Positions 39,101-49,463 of a stretch of DNA of 64,000 nt are shown piece by piece. The position numbers and the translations under genes were made by a program. The notes beneath the pieces were generated by a model. That model ran no database searches. It had not been told where the DNA came from and saw only the letters and a program-made list of their open reading frames with translations. The DNA comes from Guillardia theta CCMP2712. Taxonomy: Eukaryota; Protista; Cryptophyta. The stretch lies in assembly GCF_000315625.1 (NCBI RefSeq), contig NW_005434622.1:1-64000 (forward strand), given 5' to 3'. The number at the start of each line of letters is the position of its first letter. The stretch's first letter is position 1.

Positions 39101-42100
39101 TGCCAGCTACACCTGACCTCGACAGTTTCCTTCAAGTCAATGCACGGCTGCATTGTCTCGTCTTTCGCGAGCAGGAACAGGTTGTCAAGAACAGTGCCAT
39201 AATCAACCTCGATCACCACTAGAGCATCTCCTTCTCCAAGAATCTTTCCCTGCTGGCTAATCAAGAACCTCACCGGCGTCCCGCTGGTCTTGAGGGGGAA
39301 AGACATTCTTCGATGCAGCAGCTTATCGTCGCTGTGCAGGAAGAAGTCGAGAGATGCCTGGAGGTCAGCTGTGCATTCATCGCAGCAGGCGAAGTAAACG
39401 TCCTCGTTCAGCACGCAGACGTCAAGTCGGTCCATCAAGGAATGATGAAGCACAAGAATCCTCTTTTGGATCCTGTCAATGTTCAACATCTCAGGGCCAC
39501 CCTCCGCAGGTACGAGAAGGCGGGAGCTATCGCTCGTAGCGTTGAAGTACTTGACCCACCAACAGCACCTCCCTCGCTCCTTGCTCACTGACTCAAGCCT
39601 GCCCTGTTGATACTTGTACCGGTTGGGTTGATCTGAATCGAGGCGCACGAGCAGCCAGTCACCCTTGGTAAAGAATCCATGCTCATGGCAAAAGAATCCC
39701 GCAGGTTCTTCTTGCTTCTCCAACAGACTTCTCCAAGTATCGTTCAGGTTTGCTCCGATTTGATTGTGCTCCTGCGTCTTTTTCTTTGCTCCCCACGCGC
39801 TGACAACACTGCAGTTCTTCACCTTTGCGGTTCTCTTGTCAGCAGGTCTGTTGAAGTACAAACTTTGCAGACGTTTGTCCATAAGGAGAATGCATTTTCC
39901 GGCAAATAAAGGGCAGCTGATGTAACTACTCTCAAGCCGTAGATCAGTGCTGGTGACGAACATCTTTGCTGTTTCACCAATGGTGTCACACGGATTGCTG
40001 TACCTGTCTTTGATGGAGCAAGAAATATCAGGGAGCTCAGACAGGTTAGTAAGCTCCAGGCCTTGACTGCAGTCAACAGGCTCTACCTCGATGCACTGAG
40101 GATCTCCATGCTGGACCTCGAGATCAAAGTCCACATGAACAGACGATCCACTCTCACTCGTGACGATGAGCGTTGCCTTGAACTTGCCAGCACTCCCATC
40201 TCGAGCCTCCAAGATCTTCATTTCTATCGCGTCTTCGTGCAACGTTGTCTCTACTTGCAACTGAGGAGGTCTGCTTGCAATGGAGAAGGATTGCTCTACT
40301 TGGCTTAGCTTGATCCTCGGCTTATGCATTTCTTGGGGGCTGACAACGTTGTCGTACTCGTCATACAAGGTAGCCTTGAACGAGGACTGGCGTCCGAACC
40401 TGATCGAGACCACTCGGACATCATCGTTCATCTTCACTTTGCTCACATCTCCTGCAACGACCCTGAAGCGAAGGGGAGTGCAAGCGATGGGGTGATGAGG
40501 TAAAGTGGACTCAAGACTCACAGTGTACTCGCCAGCCTTTGTCAAGAAGACAGGGTCGGTGCCGAAAGGATCGTTACGATCAGGAAGAACAAATTTCTCC
40601 TGCTTCATGTCTTCCTGGTGGAATATCACATGCAACGTACACATTGGATTGACGTCGATTCTCGCTCCGAGGTGATTGCGACACTCGAGCTTGAGTACGC
40701 GCTGATCGCCAGCTCGGATTCGCTTCTTGCTCTGAACGAAGAAAACTTCACTGGCGAGGTTTCCTTTGTTCTTCTCCTTGTGCTCTTCAAAGGTTGCCGC
40801 GTCAATCAACCTCATCGACCAGTCTGGAATCTCTTTTTGCTCCACATTTTCAAAGCGATTGTTTGTCTCTAGCATCAAAATCTCTACCTTCCCCTGATGG
40901 AGGCTGTTGCGATGCTGTAGAAACCGTCGGATCTGCCCGACAAGTAAGCTCTTTTTGTCCTTGTTTTCCAAATGAGCCTCTTCAGCCTCGAACACCTCAA
41001 CGTAGTCACCGACGTTGAACTTCTTGCCGCTGAAAGTGATAGACTGGTGGGTGAAAATGCGTTGGTTTGTGTCAAACTCAGCGTCTTCATCCTCGAAGGT
41101 GATTTCTTCGTCATACTTGCGGTGACACAACAGCAGCCAGGTATCATATGCCTCAGACAGAACCTTATCCTTAAAAGCTTTTTGCACTCTCGACAGATTT
41201 CCTTCTCTTTGATGCAATTTGGTCTTGTCGGCTTCCGGTGCAATGTCTCTGTCAACAAACATGATTCCAAATGCTCTGTTGCGTACATCAGCTGAGATGT
41301 TCAACTTCGTTCTTTTGCTCTTGCTCTTCTGCATGAACTCGGGCATAAATTGATCTGCTAGCAACCATCGCCCCATCCAGAAAGTCATGAATCTCCTGTG
41401 CTCCGCGCAAGATAGACCAAACAGTCTGTCCACAAATTGAATCGTTTCACTGTTGTTTCGTTTCGGGAAGTAAAACACGGCTCCCATAACCATCGTTTTC
41501 TTGAAAACGAGATCTTTCCGCTTGTATTCTCTCAAGTCAAGGTAGAGAGGAAAGCAGTCAACAGCAGCGTCGCTCAGCAGCGTGTCAAGACAACAGCTAC
41601 TCGCACAATGAGCCACCGTCATCTCCTGAACAACTTCATGTCCTTTCTGACCTTCTGAGGTCACCTTGAGGTTTAGTTCCAGGTGCGGTAAAGTTTTCGC
41701 CTCGTCAAGCAGCTGAATCGCCTTAATCAGCTTGTTCTTATCATTCACCATCCTTGTTGTCACTTCGATGTTTCTAATCTCCTGAACGTCATTCTCGCAA
41801 ACACATGTCTCCTGACATGCTCTCAGAATTTTCTGCGCCATGAGATAGAAACCGGGCTTGCTCCCTTGAGATTGGTTCACTCCAAGATACATGAAGTACA
41901 TCATTCGCAGACTCTTGATAGTCTCAAGTATCCCCTCGTCGGCGGGCAAGCTCCCGGTCTCGAGCAAGGTCGTGTCGAACTCATCGATGACTATCTTGCA
42001 GTAGCTCGCATTCACCATTCCTGCATCCTCCAACCGTCTCGCAAAGCTCGATGCAATCCATGCGTTGGGGTCCGAATCCTTCACCGAGTTCTCAATCATT

Positions 42101-42942
42101 GAGCCCTTGCTTTTGCTAATGATACGAATGGTCTTTCCGAGTAGATTGCATGCATTCTTGGATCCGACTCCATACCGGGAGAAACTTCCTCCAAAGTATC
42201 TGAGGAAAGATCGACTGGATGGATCATACCGGCGTTGCACATCTGCTCTCGCTGAGCCGTACTGAAGCAATTTCTTTGGGTCTGCGCAGCCAACCCCATT
42301 GTCATGCAGAGAAAATCGTTTCTGGATCAAGTCGATGATAATCTCAATCTTCTTGCTCTCTTCGATTCCAGTCTGCATGACGGCTTCGATCGCGTTGTCC
42401 AACAGCTCCCCAAGAGCTGAAAGAAATGTGTAGTTGCTGATAGAGCCCTCGATGAGTCGCCGCTTGTTGGGAGCGATACTAGTGATCCATTCACACGTAT
42501 CGTTGACTGAGACCGAGTCAGCACAAACAAACATCAGCATTCTTGCCGCACGGCTCATGTCGCTCACCATCGTATACCAGGCGCACTTCGCACGCACTGT
42601 CTTGGAAGTTTGACAACAAATCTTGGAAATCTTTCAGCTCACCGCCTTCACCACTCATAGCGCAAAGCTTCAGCTCCTTCGGCATGCGTGAGAAACAGCA
42701 GGTATGGATTTGATCACCTCTTCTCCTGACCATCCCAGTTTGCTGAGCTTGCGCTTCACCTCTGCCAAGACTTGCGGTATGCTGCTGAAATCTTGGCATT
42801 TGAGTTGGATAGGGCTGTGAAAGCCAACAAGTCAGACGCAAACAGCTGTATTGCTCCGTTACCTCTCGATGCGAGGAACTTCGTTTCTGATCCTATCCGC
42901 TATGTAGATTTTCAGCACGTCGCTGTCGCGATAATCGCTCAT
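36197..42942 (-). CDS. SMCHD1/GMI1-like protein: UBL-like N-terminus, GHKL ATPase, BAH-like region, Ig-like repeats, coiled coil, SMC hinge
   Basis: ALGELLDNAIEA, LHDNGVG and FSRYGVGSKNA GHKL motifs. FWMGRWL. ITFSGKKFNVGDYV. Hinge-like AISTAFGAELSTLVF...RRFFGRLVVFE...AVGLD flanked by coiled coils. ATG at 42942 and stop at 36197 after manual splicing. Confidence 0.82.
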
Positions 42943-43423
42943 GGCGCCGACTCGTTCGAAACCTGCAAGAAAGCACGCCAATCAAGGGGGGAAGACAGAG
43001 AGCGCGTGCTAGAGCGCGGCAGCAGAAGGAGGAACAAGGAGGAGGAGAGACTAGGGGGAGGAGGATGGACTAGGGGGAGGAGGAGGGACACGTGGGAAGA
43101 GGCGGGTCGAAGTAGAGCAGAAGCGAGTGGGCGGGGAGTATAAATGCGGTCTGGTAGCTAAGAAACCCGTACAAGTACAACTCTCAGTACAAATGCCTCA
43201 CTTCTCCTGGTACAACAGCGTGTACCGTACCACATTCATTACCAGTACTACTTTCAGTACCTGCAGTACTCTCTTCTCAGCTAAGGCATACTGGCTCAGT
43301 GGACTCGTAGTAGCTCCTCAGTCATCTACTAGGAAAGTGTACCGGGTCAAAGTTCGTGGAAGTGCTACTACAGCCCCACTCAAACGGTTTGACCTTTTTT
43401 TTCCCTGGGCCGCCGCTAACATG

Positions 43424-43452
43424 ACTGATTTTTTACTTAACTTTGAGTAAAA
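43424..43452 (+). promoter_or_regulatory. Copy of the dispersed element (actgattttttacttaactttgagtaaaa), about 20 nt upstream of the NLR ORF
   Basis: Most palindromic copy: TTTTACTTAA-CT-TTGAGTAAAA. Confidence 0.55.
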
Positions 43453-43470
43453 GACTCGCCAATCACTACC

Positions 43471-46400
43471 ATGATCACTCAGGCCCGCCTCCCTTACTCG
43501 ACCCTTGACGGCATGTCCGCCTCAGGGAGAAAGGCCTTTGTCCACCAGCTGCCCATGAAGCGCAGGGTGGCAGCGGCATGGTCGGGTTGGACTCTGAGAG
43601 GAGATGAGAAGCGATCAAGGTCCGAGGGAGACGGAAGAAGCGGCTACCGAGGAAGCCTCGTCTCTGCCGATGGCTTGCGTGCTGGACCCAAGCATGACCT
43701 GCAGACTCAAGCGAGAGAGCTCGGGCTCACTTTGATGGCACACCCTGCCACGAAGCACCGGGAAGGTGCGGAGCAGGAGATCTGCTACAAGACATACCAG
43801 AGTCCGAGTCGAGAAAACCAGGAAGAGGGGGACGAGGAGGAGGAGGAGGAGGAGGAGGAGCGGGAGAGAAGTTGCAAGAAAGTTCAGAGTACGACGGCCG
43901 CAAATGATCCACGAGGCATTGTTGTCTCCAGCGATGATTTGGTTCTCGGACGGAAGTTTGATCTCCAGGAGGATGCAGAAGCGCTGGGTATGATCGTGAC
44001 ACCTCAAGGACGATACGTCCTCGGATCGTCTAGGCAGCGCAGGATGTTTGCCTCCAGCCTTGCTTCCGGGCAGATCCTCTGGGAGAGTGACGGCCCGGTA
44101 ACGGAAGAGGACGTGAAGGAGGTTCTGCACGCCATGACTAGACTAGATCAATCCATCCACATCAACACGGGCACTCACGGCACTGCAGACGGAGGGCTCT
44201 TGACAGCAGGCGGTAACACCATCGATTTTTTCTTTGAAGACTATCGCACTATCAAGGAGCTGGAGCAGCCAGCCAAGGTTTCCATTCATATGGTGACGTC
44301 GCAAAGCGATCCCTTCTTGCCGCTCAAGGCGAACATGGTCATCAACGCGTGGTGTCACAGCTGCATGTACGGCTTTGCCGACAAGGTGGACATCGAGACG
44401 GGGAGGATAGTCGAGTGGACGTATGGGAGCCTGCCGAGGCGTCTCCGCGAGATCCTGAAGCAGATGCTCGGAGATGAGGAGAGCGTTGATGACGCGATGG
44501 AGTGCTTCGTTGAGACGAGCTGCTCCGAGACCGACCCCGACGTCGATGCGACAGCTAGAGTGTCATCGGACCACCTTCTGGACAAGTTCATGCACAACAC
44601 GGGTAAGCGCGTGCTGCTGCTACTAGGAATGACAGGAGCAGGCAAGTCAACATTGGGCAAGAGGTGGGCGATTCAGATGGGCGAGGCATGGCAGGTGGGA
44701 AAGCCTTATCCGGTATACCTCCACCTACCTCGGTGTAGGTCTGTGAAAGAGTATTTCGAGGAAGTAGGATCGCTGACATCGGGCGGGGAGCGGTCTTGGC
44801 GAAATTTCGTGCGCAGACACACGTTCGTTGTAGTGTTGGACTCGTATGATGAGATGGGGACCATGGAGAATGTTGTGGAGAAGGTGTTCAAGGAGCTGGC
44901 AGGCTGCAGAGGGATCAAGACGATTGTCACTTGCAGGAGTGGCTATCTCAAGAAAGAAGGAAAGTCCAACACGCTGTTCTGGCCTCCTGGACTTGAAGGG
45001 AGAGATGCCCTACAAGTTGCCTGGGTTTGCGAATTGAGCCTGTCAAACAAAGAACAAGTAAACCAATACATTGATAACCATATCAGAAAGCGGGTGCATA
45101 CTGAGTGGAGCAAGAAGCAGTACGACGAGGCGATCAGGTCGATGCCAGAGCTTCAATTTATAGTGAGCACGCCCTACACGCTCAAGGTATTGCTGGTCGT
45201 GCTTCCCTCCTTGCACCGGAAGTTCATAAAGAAGCCAAAGTATACACTCACTCGGCATAACATACACAAGGAGTACGCGAAGGAATGGTACAGGAGAGAA
45301 TGGGATAAGCTTAAGCAGAATGTGAACATGGCTATCAAGGTACGGGAAGAAGAGGTTGATGACGGGAACTTCATGGCCTGGTATTCCAACGCTGCTCAAC
45401 AGCTCTGCCTTCACATGCTCATGGAGCATAAGAATTTCATCCTACATAAGGCAGAGGGCTCGTTTCTGGCGGGCCCGCCTTTCAATCTTTCAATGAGAGA
45501 AGGCAAAGTTGAGAAGAAGCTAGGATACTGGCTTCTGAGGGGATGTCTGACTAGACTGAAGGTGCACAAGCATCAGAACACTCTTGAAGTCAGCTTTGCC
45601 CATGACATGCTGCGCAGCTTCTTCCTTGCCCGTGCAACCTTCGCGCAGCTTCAAGCACAGATTGATGGAGCACCAGCGAGTCTGTCGGTGCGAAACCTCC
45701 GAGGCGAGGTCGAGACGATCAAGGAGCACGCCATTGTCGTGCAGAGCAAGCGCAAGTACCAGGAGAGGCTGTTTGACGTCATCAGAGCCTCGCGGGAGGA
45801 CGGAAGCGAGGCGACGGGGAGTGCGTCAGCAAACGCGGCTACGATCTTGGTAGCAGCGAGCGTGAGCTGGTCGGGTCTAAACCTGTCGGGGGTGCGATTG
45901 GCAGAGGCGATCTTGAGGAACGGCATCTTCCATCGGACGGACTTGAGGCGGGCTGACCTTTCCGGGGTGGACGCGAGCCACGGATACTTTGTGGAGACGC
46001 GGCTGGAGGGAGCGCAGCTGGATGGAGCTGACTTTGGGGAGAGGGCGACAGTGAGGATCGAGTGCGAGGAGGTGAGATGCGGGGCGTTCGAGCCCGGGGG
46101 AGAGGCTCTTGCAACAGTGTCGAAGGACGGGAAGATGCGGGTGTGGGATGTGGAGACCGGTAAGTGTATGAGGGAGCTTGGGGGTGGAGGGGAAGAGATC
46201 GATATGATACGATGGAGGGCTGATGGGAAGAGGCTGGCGTCGGGGTCAAGGAGGGGAAGGATAAGGGTGTGGGACGTTGAGGCAGGAGAATGCTGCCTTG
46301 AGCTTTTGAGAGAGGAGGAGATAGGGGAGATAGGCTGGATGGGGGACGAGAGGATCGCTTGGTGGACGCACAGGGAGAAATACTGCATTCAAACAATGGA

Positions 46401-47091
46401 CGTGGAGCTGGGAGTATGCACTCGCGAGCGCGAACTCAACACGGCTGGGAAACACTCAATGCGCTTAGGACCGGACGGGAGGAAGCTCGCAGGCGTATCG
46501 AAGTTAAGTGGTCAGGCGTGGGTGTGGGATGTAGAGACGGGGAGGGGGCAGGAGCTACAGGGGCCTGAGGGAGGAGTGACAGGGCTGATCTGGGGGCCAG
46601 ACGGGAGGAGGCTCGCGGGCGTGTCGAAGACAGGAGGGGGAGCGTGGGTGTGGGATGCAGAGACGGGGAGGGGGCAGGAGCTACAGGGGCCTGAGGGAGG
46701 AGTGACAGGGCTGATCTGGGGGCCAGACGGGAGGAGGCTCGCGGGCGTGTCGAAGACAGGAGGGGGAGCGTGGGTGTGGGATGCAGAGACGGGGAGGGGG
46801 CAGGAGCTGGAGGGGCCTGAGGGAGGATTGGAGCAGCTGATCTGGGGGCCAGAAGGGAAAAGGCTTTTCACGCGGTATACATCTGACGGGTCGATCAAGA
46901 CCTGGACATTGAGGGATGAAGGATTCTTTGTTCTCACGGCTGATTTCAATCGATACGAGAGAGTGCTTGTGTGTCGCAATGCTTCCATCGACCAGTCGCT
47001 CTCGAGCCCCATCAGACGCCTGCTGGAGGAGAGAGGAGCCGTCGCTCAGGCTAACACATCAACCAGAGGCTCGCGGTGCTGTGTACAGTAG
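43471..47091 (+). CDS. NLR-like NACHT-pentapeptide-WD40 protein, intronless, with candidate N-terminal His/Cys protease domain and C-terminal CaaX
   Basis: Walker A GMTGAGKS. Walker B VVVLDSYDE. TCR sensor. ANAATIL followed by pentapeptide repeats (LSGVRLAEAIL...ADLSG). WD40 repeats. Ends LLEERGA...CCVQ. Confidence 0.88.
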   Translation: MITQARLPYSTLDGMSASGRKAFVHQLPMKRRVAAAWSGWTLRGDEKRSRSEGDGRSGYRGSLVSADGLRAGPKHDLQTQARELGLTLMAHPATKHREGAEQEICYKTYQSPSRENQEEGDEEEEEEEEERERSCKKVQSTTAANDPRGIVVSSDDLVLGRKFDLQEDAEALGMIVTPQGRYVLGSSRQRRMFASSLASGQILWESDGPVTEEDVKEVLHAMTRLDQSIHINTGTHGTADGGLLTAGGNTIDFFFEDYRTIKELEQPAKVSIHMVTSQSDPFLPLKANMVINAWCHSCMYGFADKVDIETGRIVEWTYGSLPRRLREILKQMLGDEESVDDAMECFVETSCSETDPDVDATARVSSDHLLDKFMHNTGKRVLLLLGMTGAGKSTLGKRWAIQMGEAWQVGKPYPVYLHLPRCRSVKEYFEEVGSLTSGGERSWRNFVRRHTFVVVLDSYDEMGTMENVVEKVFKELAGCRGIKTIVTCRSGYLKKEGKSNTLFWPPGLEGRDALQVAWVCELSLSNKEQVNQYIDNHIRKRVHTEWSKKQYDEAIRSMPELQFIVSTPYTLKVLLVVLPSLHRKFIKKPKYTLTRHNIHKEYAKEWYRREWDKLKQNVNMAIKVREEEVDDGNFMAWYSNAAQQLCLHMLMEHKNFILHKAEGSFLAGPPFNLSMREGKVEKKLGYWLLRGCLTRLKVHKHQNTLEVSFAHDMLRSFFLARATFAQLQAQIDGAPASLSVRNLRGEVETIKEHAIVVQSKRKYQERLFDVIRASREDGSEATGSASANAATILVAASVSWSGLNLSGVRLAEAILRNGIFHRTDLRRADLSGVDASHGYFVETRLEGAQLDGADFGERATVRIECEEVRCGAFEPGGEALATVSKDGKMRVWDVETGKCMRELGGGGEEIDMIRWRADGKRLASGSRRGRIRVWDVEAGECCLELLREEEIGEIGWMGDERIAWWTHREKYCIQTMDVELGVCTRERELNTAGKHSMRLGPDGRKLAGVSKLSGQAWVWDVETGRGQELQGPEGGVTGLIWGPDGRRLAGVSKTGGGAWVWDAETGRGQELQGPEGGVTGLIWGPDGRRLAGVSKTGGGAWVWDAETGRGQELEGPEGGLEQLIWGPEGKRLFTRYTSDGSIKTWTLRDEGFFVLTADFNRYERVLVCRNASIDQSLSSPIRRLLEERGAVAQANTSTRGSRCCVQ
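46516..46860 (+). repeat. Near-identical 126-bp WD40-coding tandem repeats (about 2.7 units)
   Basis: Units start at 46516, 46642 and 46768; the first two are almost identical at nucleotide level. Confidence 0.95.
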
Positions 47092-47625
47092 AGGTCTTGA
47101 GGGAGGAGGTTCTGTTCGATTACATGTCAGGCAGCTTAGCGTGTCACTCGAGTGTTGTTCTCGCTGCTCCTCGTCCGATCTGTCTTGGAGCCTGACGTCG
47201 GACCGCTTGTCGAAGCGCCGGCACCCGCTTGCTCACGGGCCTCGACGCCCCTGTGTAGGAAGCGATCACCCCTACTGTATATAAATACAAGTGCTCGGCG
47301 TTGACGAAGCTCTTGGTCAGCCGGACGGACTCGGGATCGCAGTGAACTAGTCCACTGACCACCCCCTTGCCCCCCCGGCTCAGTCAAATGAAAGAAGTTC
47401 CGATGATCATCGTTACGTGTCCGTTCAAGTTAACGGCGCCGGGCTTCATGTGACTCGCTCAGTGAGCCTCCGGGACTCCGGGGAGCGGCCCGGCAGTCCG
47501 AGTCCGATCACCCGGCCGGCACTTTTTTACTGGCTTTAGTCGGGCCCGCGTCAGGAGCCACTGAGCAAGAAACCATGCAAGAAGGGAGGTAAGGGAGCAG
47601 GGAGCAGGGAAGAGGCGCGGGAAGC

Positions 47626-49407
47626 ATGGCGGGAGCATGGCAGCTCACGATGATCATCTTTGCTATCAGAATGTCTGCCAACTTTGAGCAGACTCTTAGC
47701 CTCCTCCATTCCCGAACTGCTAAATGTGCATGCAGCGACAGCCGCATCACGTTCCCGAGGCTTCGTGGGGGATCAAGCTCAAGCTCAGACATTCACGAGA
47801 GACCAAATAAGAAAGCGAGAAAGTTCTCGGCTGTAAATCTGGGTGATTCCGGTTCAGATCCAGAACAAACGCAGCAGTCGGAGAGGTCGACGAAAATGGA
47901 GGAAGTGTACGATGAAGCGGGATCGATTTACGATGATGTCGAGGAGATATCGGATGACACTCTGCGTTGGCTAGGTGAGCCGGACCTAAACTTTCCATCC
48001 CCTGATGTGCTTCCTTTGTATAGAGCGTCAGGCTCAACCCAAGGTCAACTCCACTTTTTCCTTCCCCGCTCAAAACGAGTCGGAGCATTCGGAGGAGGAG
48101 GAGGCGGCAGCGCCTCGCATGAGCATGAGCTTTCTTGCCAATGAACGAGAGCGCATCAGCAACGCCAAGACAGCTCTGTTTGAAGCAGCTCAGAAGGTTG
48201 ACAGCGACTTGATCAGAAAGGCGGTCAAGAATGGAGCTTCCATCACTTCTCAAGACGAGTCCATGTGCATGTGGACGGCCTTGCATTACGCGGCAGAGAA
48301 CGGGTCTGTGCCGACCATGCGCACGTGCTTGAGGCTGGGGGCAAACATCACGGCGAGGAGCAGCCAGGGGCAGACGGCTCTGCATGTGGCGGCACTGGAA
48401 GGGAAGATAGAGGCGGTGAGGTACCTCCTCAAGAAGGGCATCTTCGTCGACGAGCGAAACCTCTTTCAGTACACGGCTCTGCATATCGCTGCGTCTCAAG
48501 GGAACCTGCAGGTGGCTCGCATCCTCCTTGACGCCGGGGCAGACATCAACGCCCTGACCATGGACGGCAACAACGTCATCAACCTCGCGGCGACGCAGGG
48601 TCACCACCTTCTGATCCGCGTCCTCATCGAGCTCGGGGCCAACGTGAACAACTCAAACGTTGAGAACCGCACAGCCCTCCATCATGCGGTGCTGCAGAAC
48701 GAGGAGCAGACGGTGAAGGTGCTGCTGGACGCGGGCATATGCGTGAATCACGCCAACAACGATGGCAACACCGCCCTGCATGAAGCGGCTGTGATGGGAT
48801 GGGTGGACCTCGTGGAGATGATCCTGTCCAACTCGAATCCTGACATTTTCCTGCTCAATAACGACAACCAGACAGCGATGGAATATGCTCGTCTTGCGGG
48901 GGAAGGACTCTGTGCGTCTGTGCTGTGGAACAAGATGGGACTGCCGCTGGGAAAGCTTGAAGTGCCTCCAAGACCCAAGACTATGAAAGAAGAGGAAGAC
49001 GAATTCCTTGAGAAGTAAGCAGAGGTCGAAGGGGAGGGGGGATAGGAAGGAGAAGAGGACCCTGTGGGGGAGAGGAATGATTTAGGTACAGCGAGGGGAA
49101 TGGAAGAGAGTTGGGGGCGAGGAGGAGTAAGGATATCTGACTGGCATGCTTGCTCCGCAGGTTTTGGCAGTCGTACTGCGAGCACAGGACAGAAGCTTCT
49201 CTACCAGGAGTGAAGAAATGCTGCACTATAGACGAATGGCTCGCAGCAATCGAGCGCCTCCAGGGGCACGAAGAGCCTCCGCTGAAGCCCGAGGACAACT
49301 TTGTGATCCGCAAGGGCCTTCGAGTTTATCTCAACGACAACAAGAAGAAGATGAAACAGATTCAATTCCCCTCAAACCAGCCAGACCAACCAGACCAAGG
49401 TCAATGA
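47626..49407 (+). CDS. Ankyrin-repeat protein with hydrophobic leader and RLRGG motif (3 exons)
   Basis: Repeated TALHxAA ankyrin units in 48165-48900. Introns at about 47974-48022 and 49014-49160. Confidence 0.88.
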
Positions 49408-49463
49408 AATCTATGTATATCCACCCTACCCCTTCTTTCCCCACACAACCTCCTCCTCAGCCA

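Noticed and set aside
45651-47012. Long antisense ORFs opposite the NLR (similar ones oppose the channel, SMCHD1-like and ankyrin genes)
   Set aside because: Antisense shadows of real coding sequence.
47974-48022. Apparent frameshift between the two ankyrin-gene ORFs
   Set aside because: A canonical gtgag...tag intron restores the frame.
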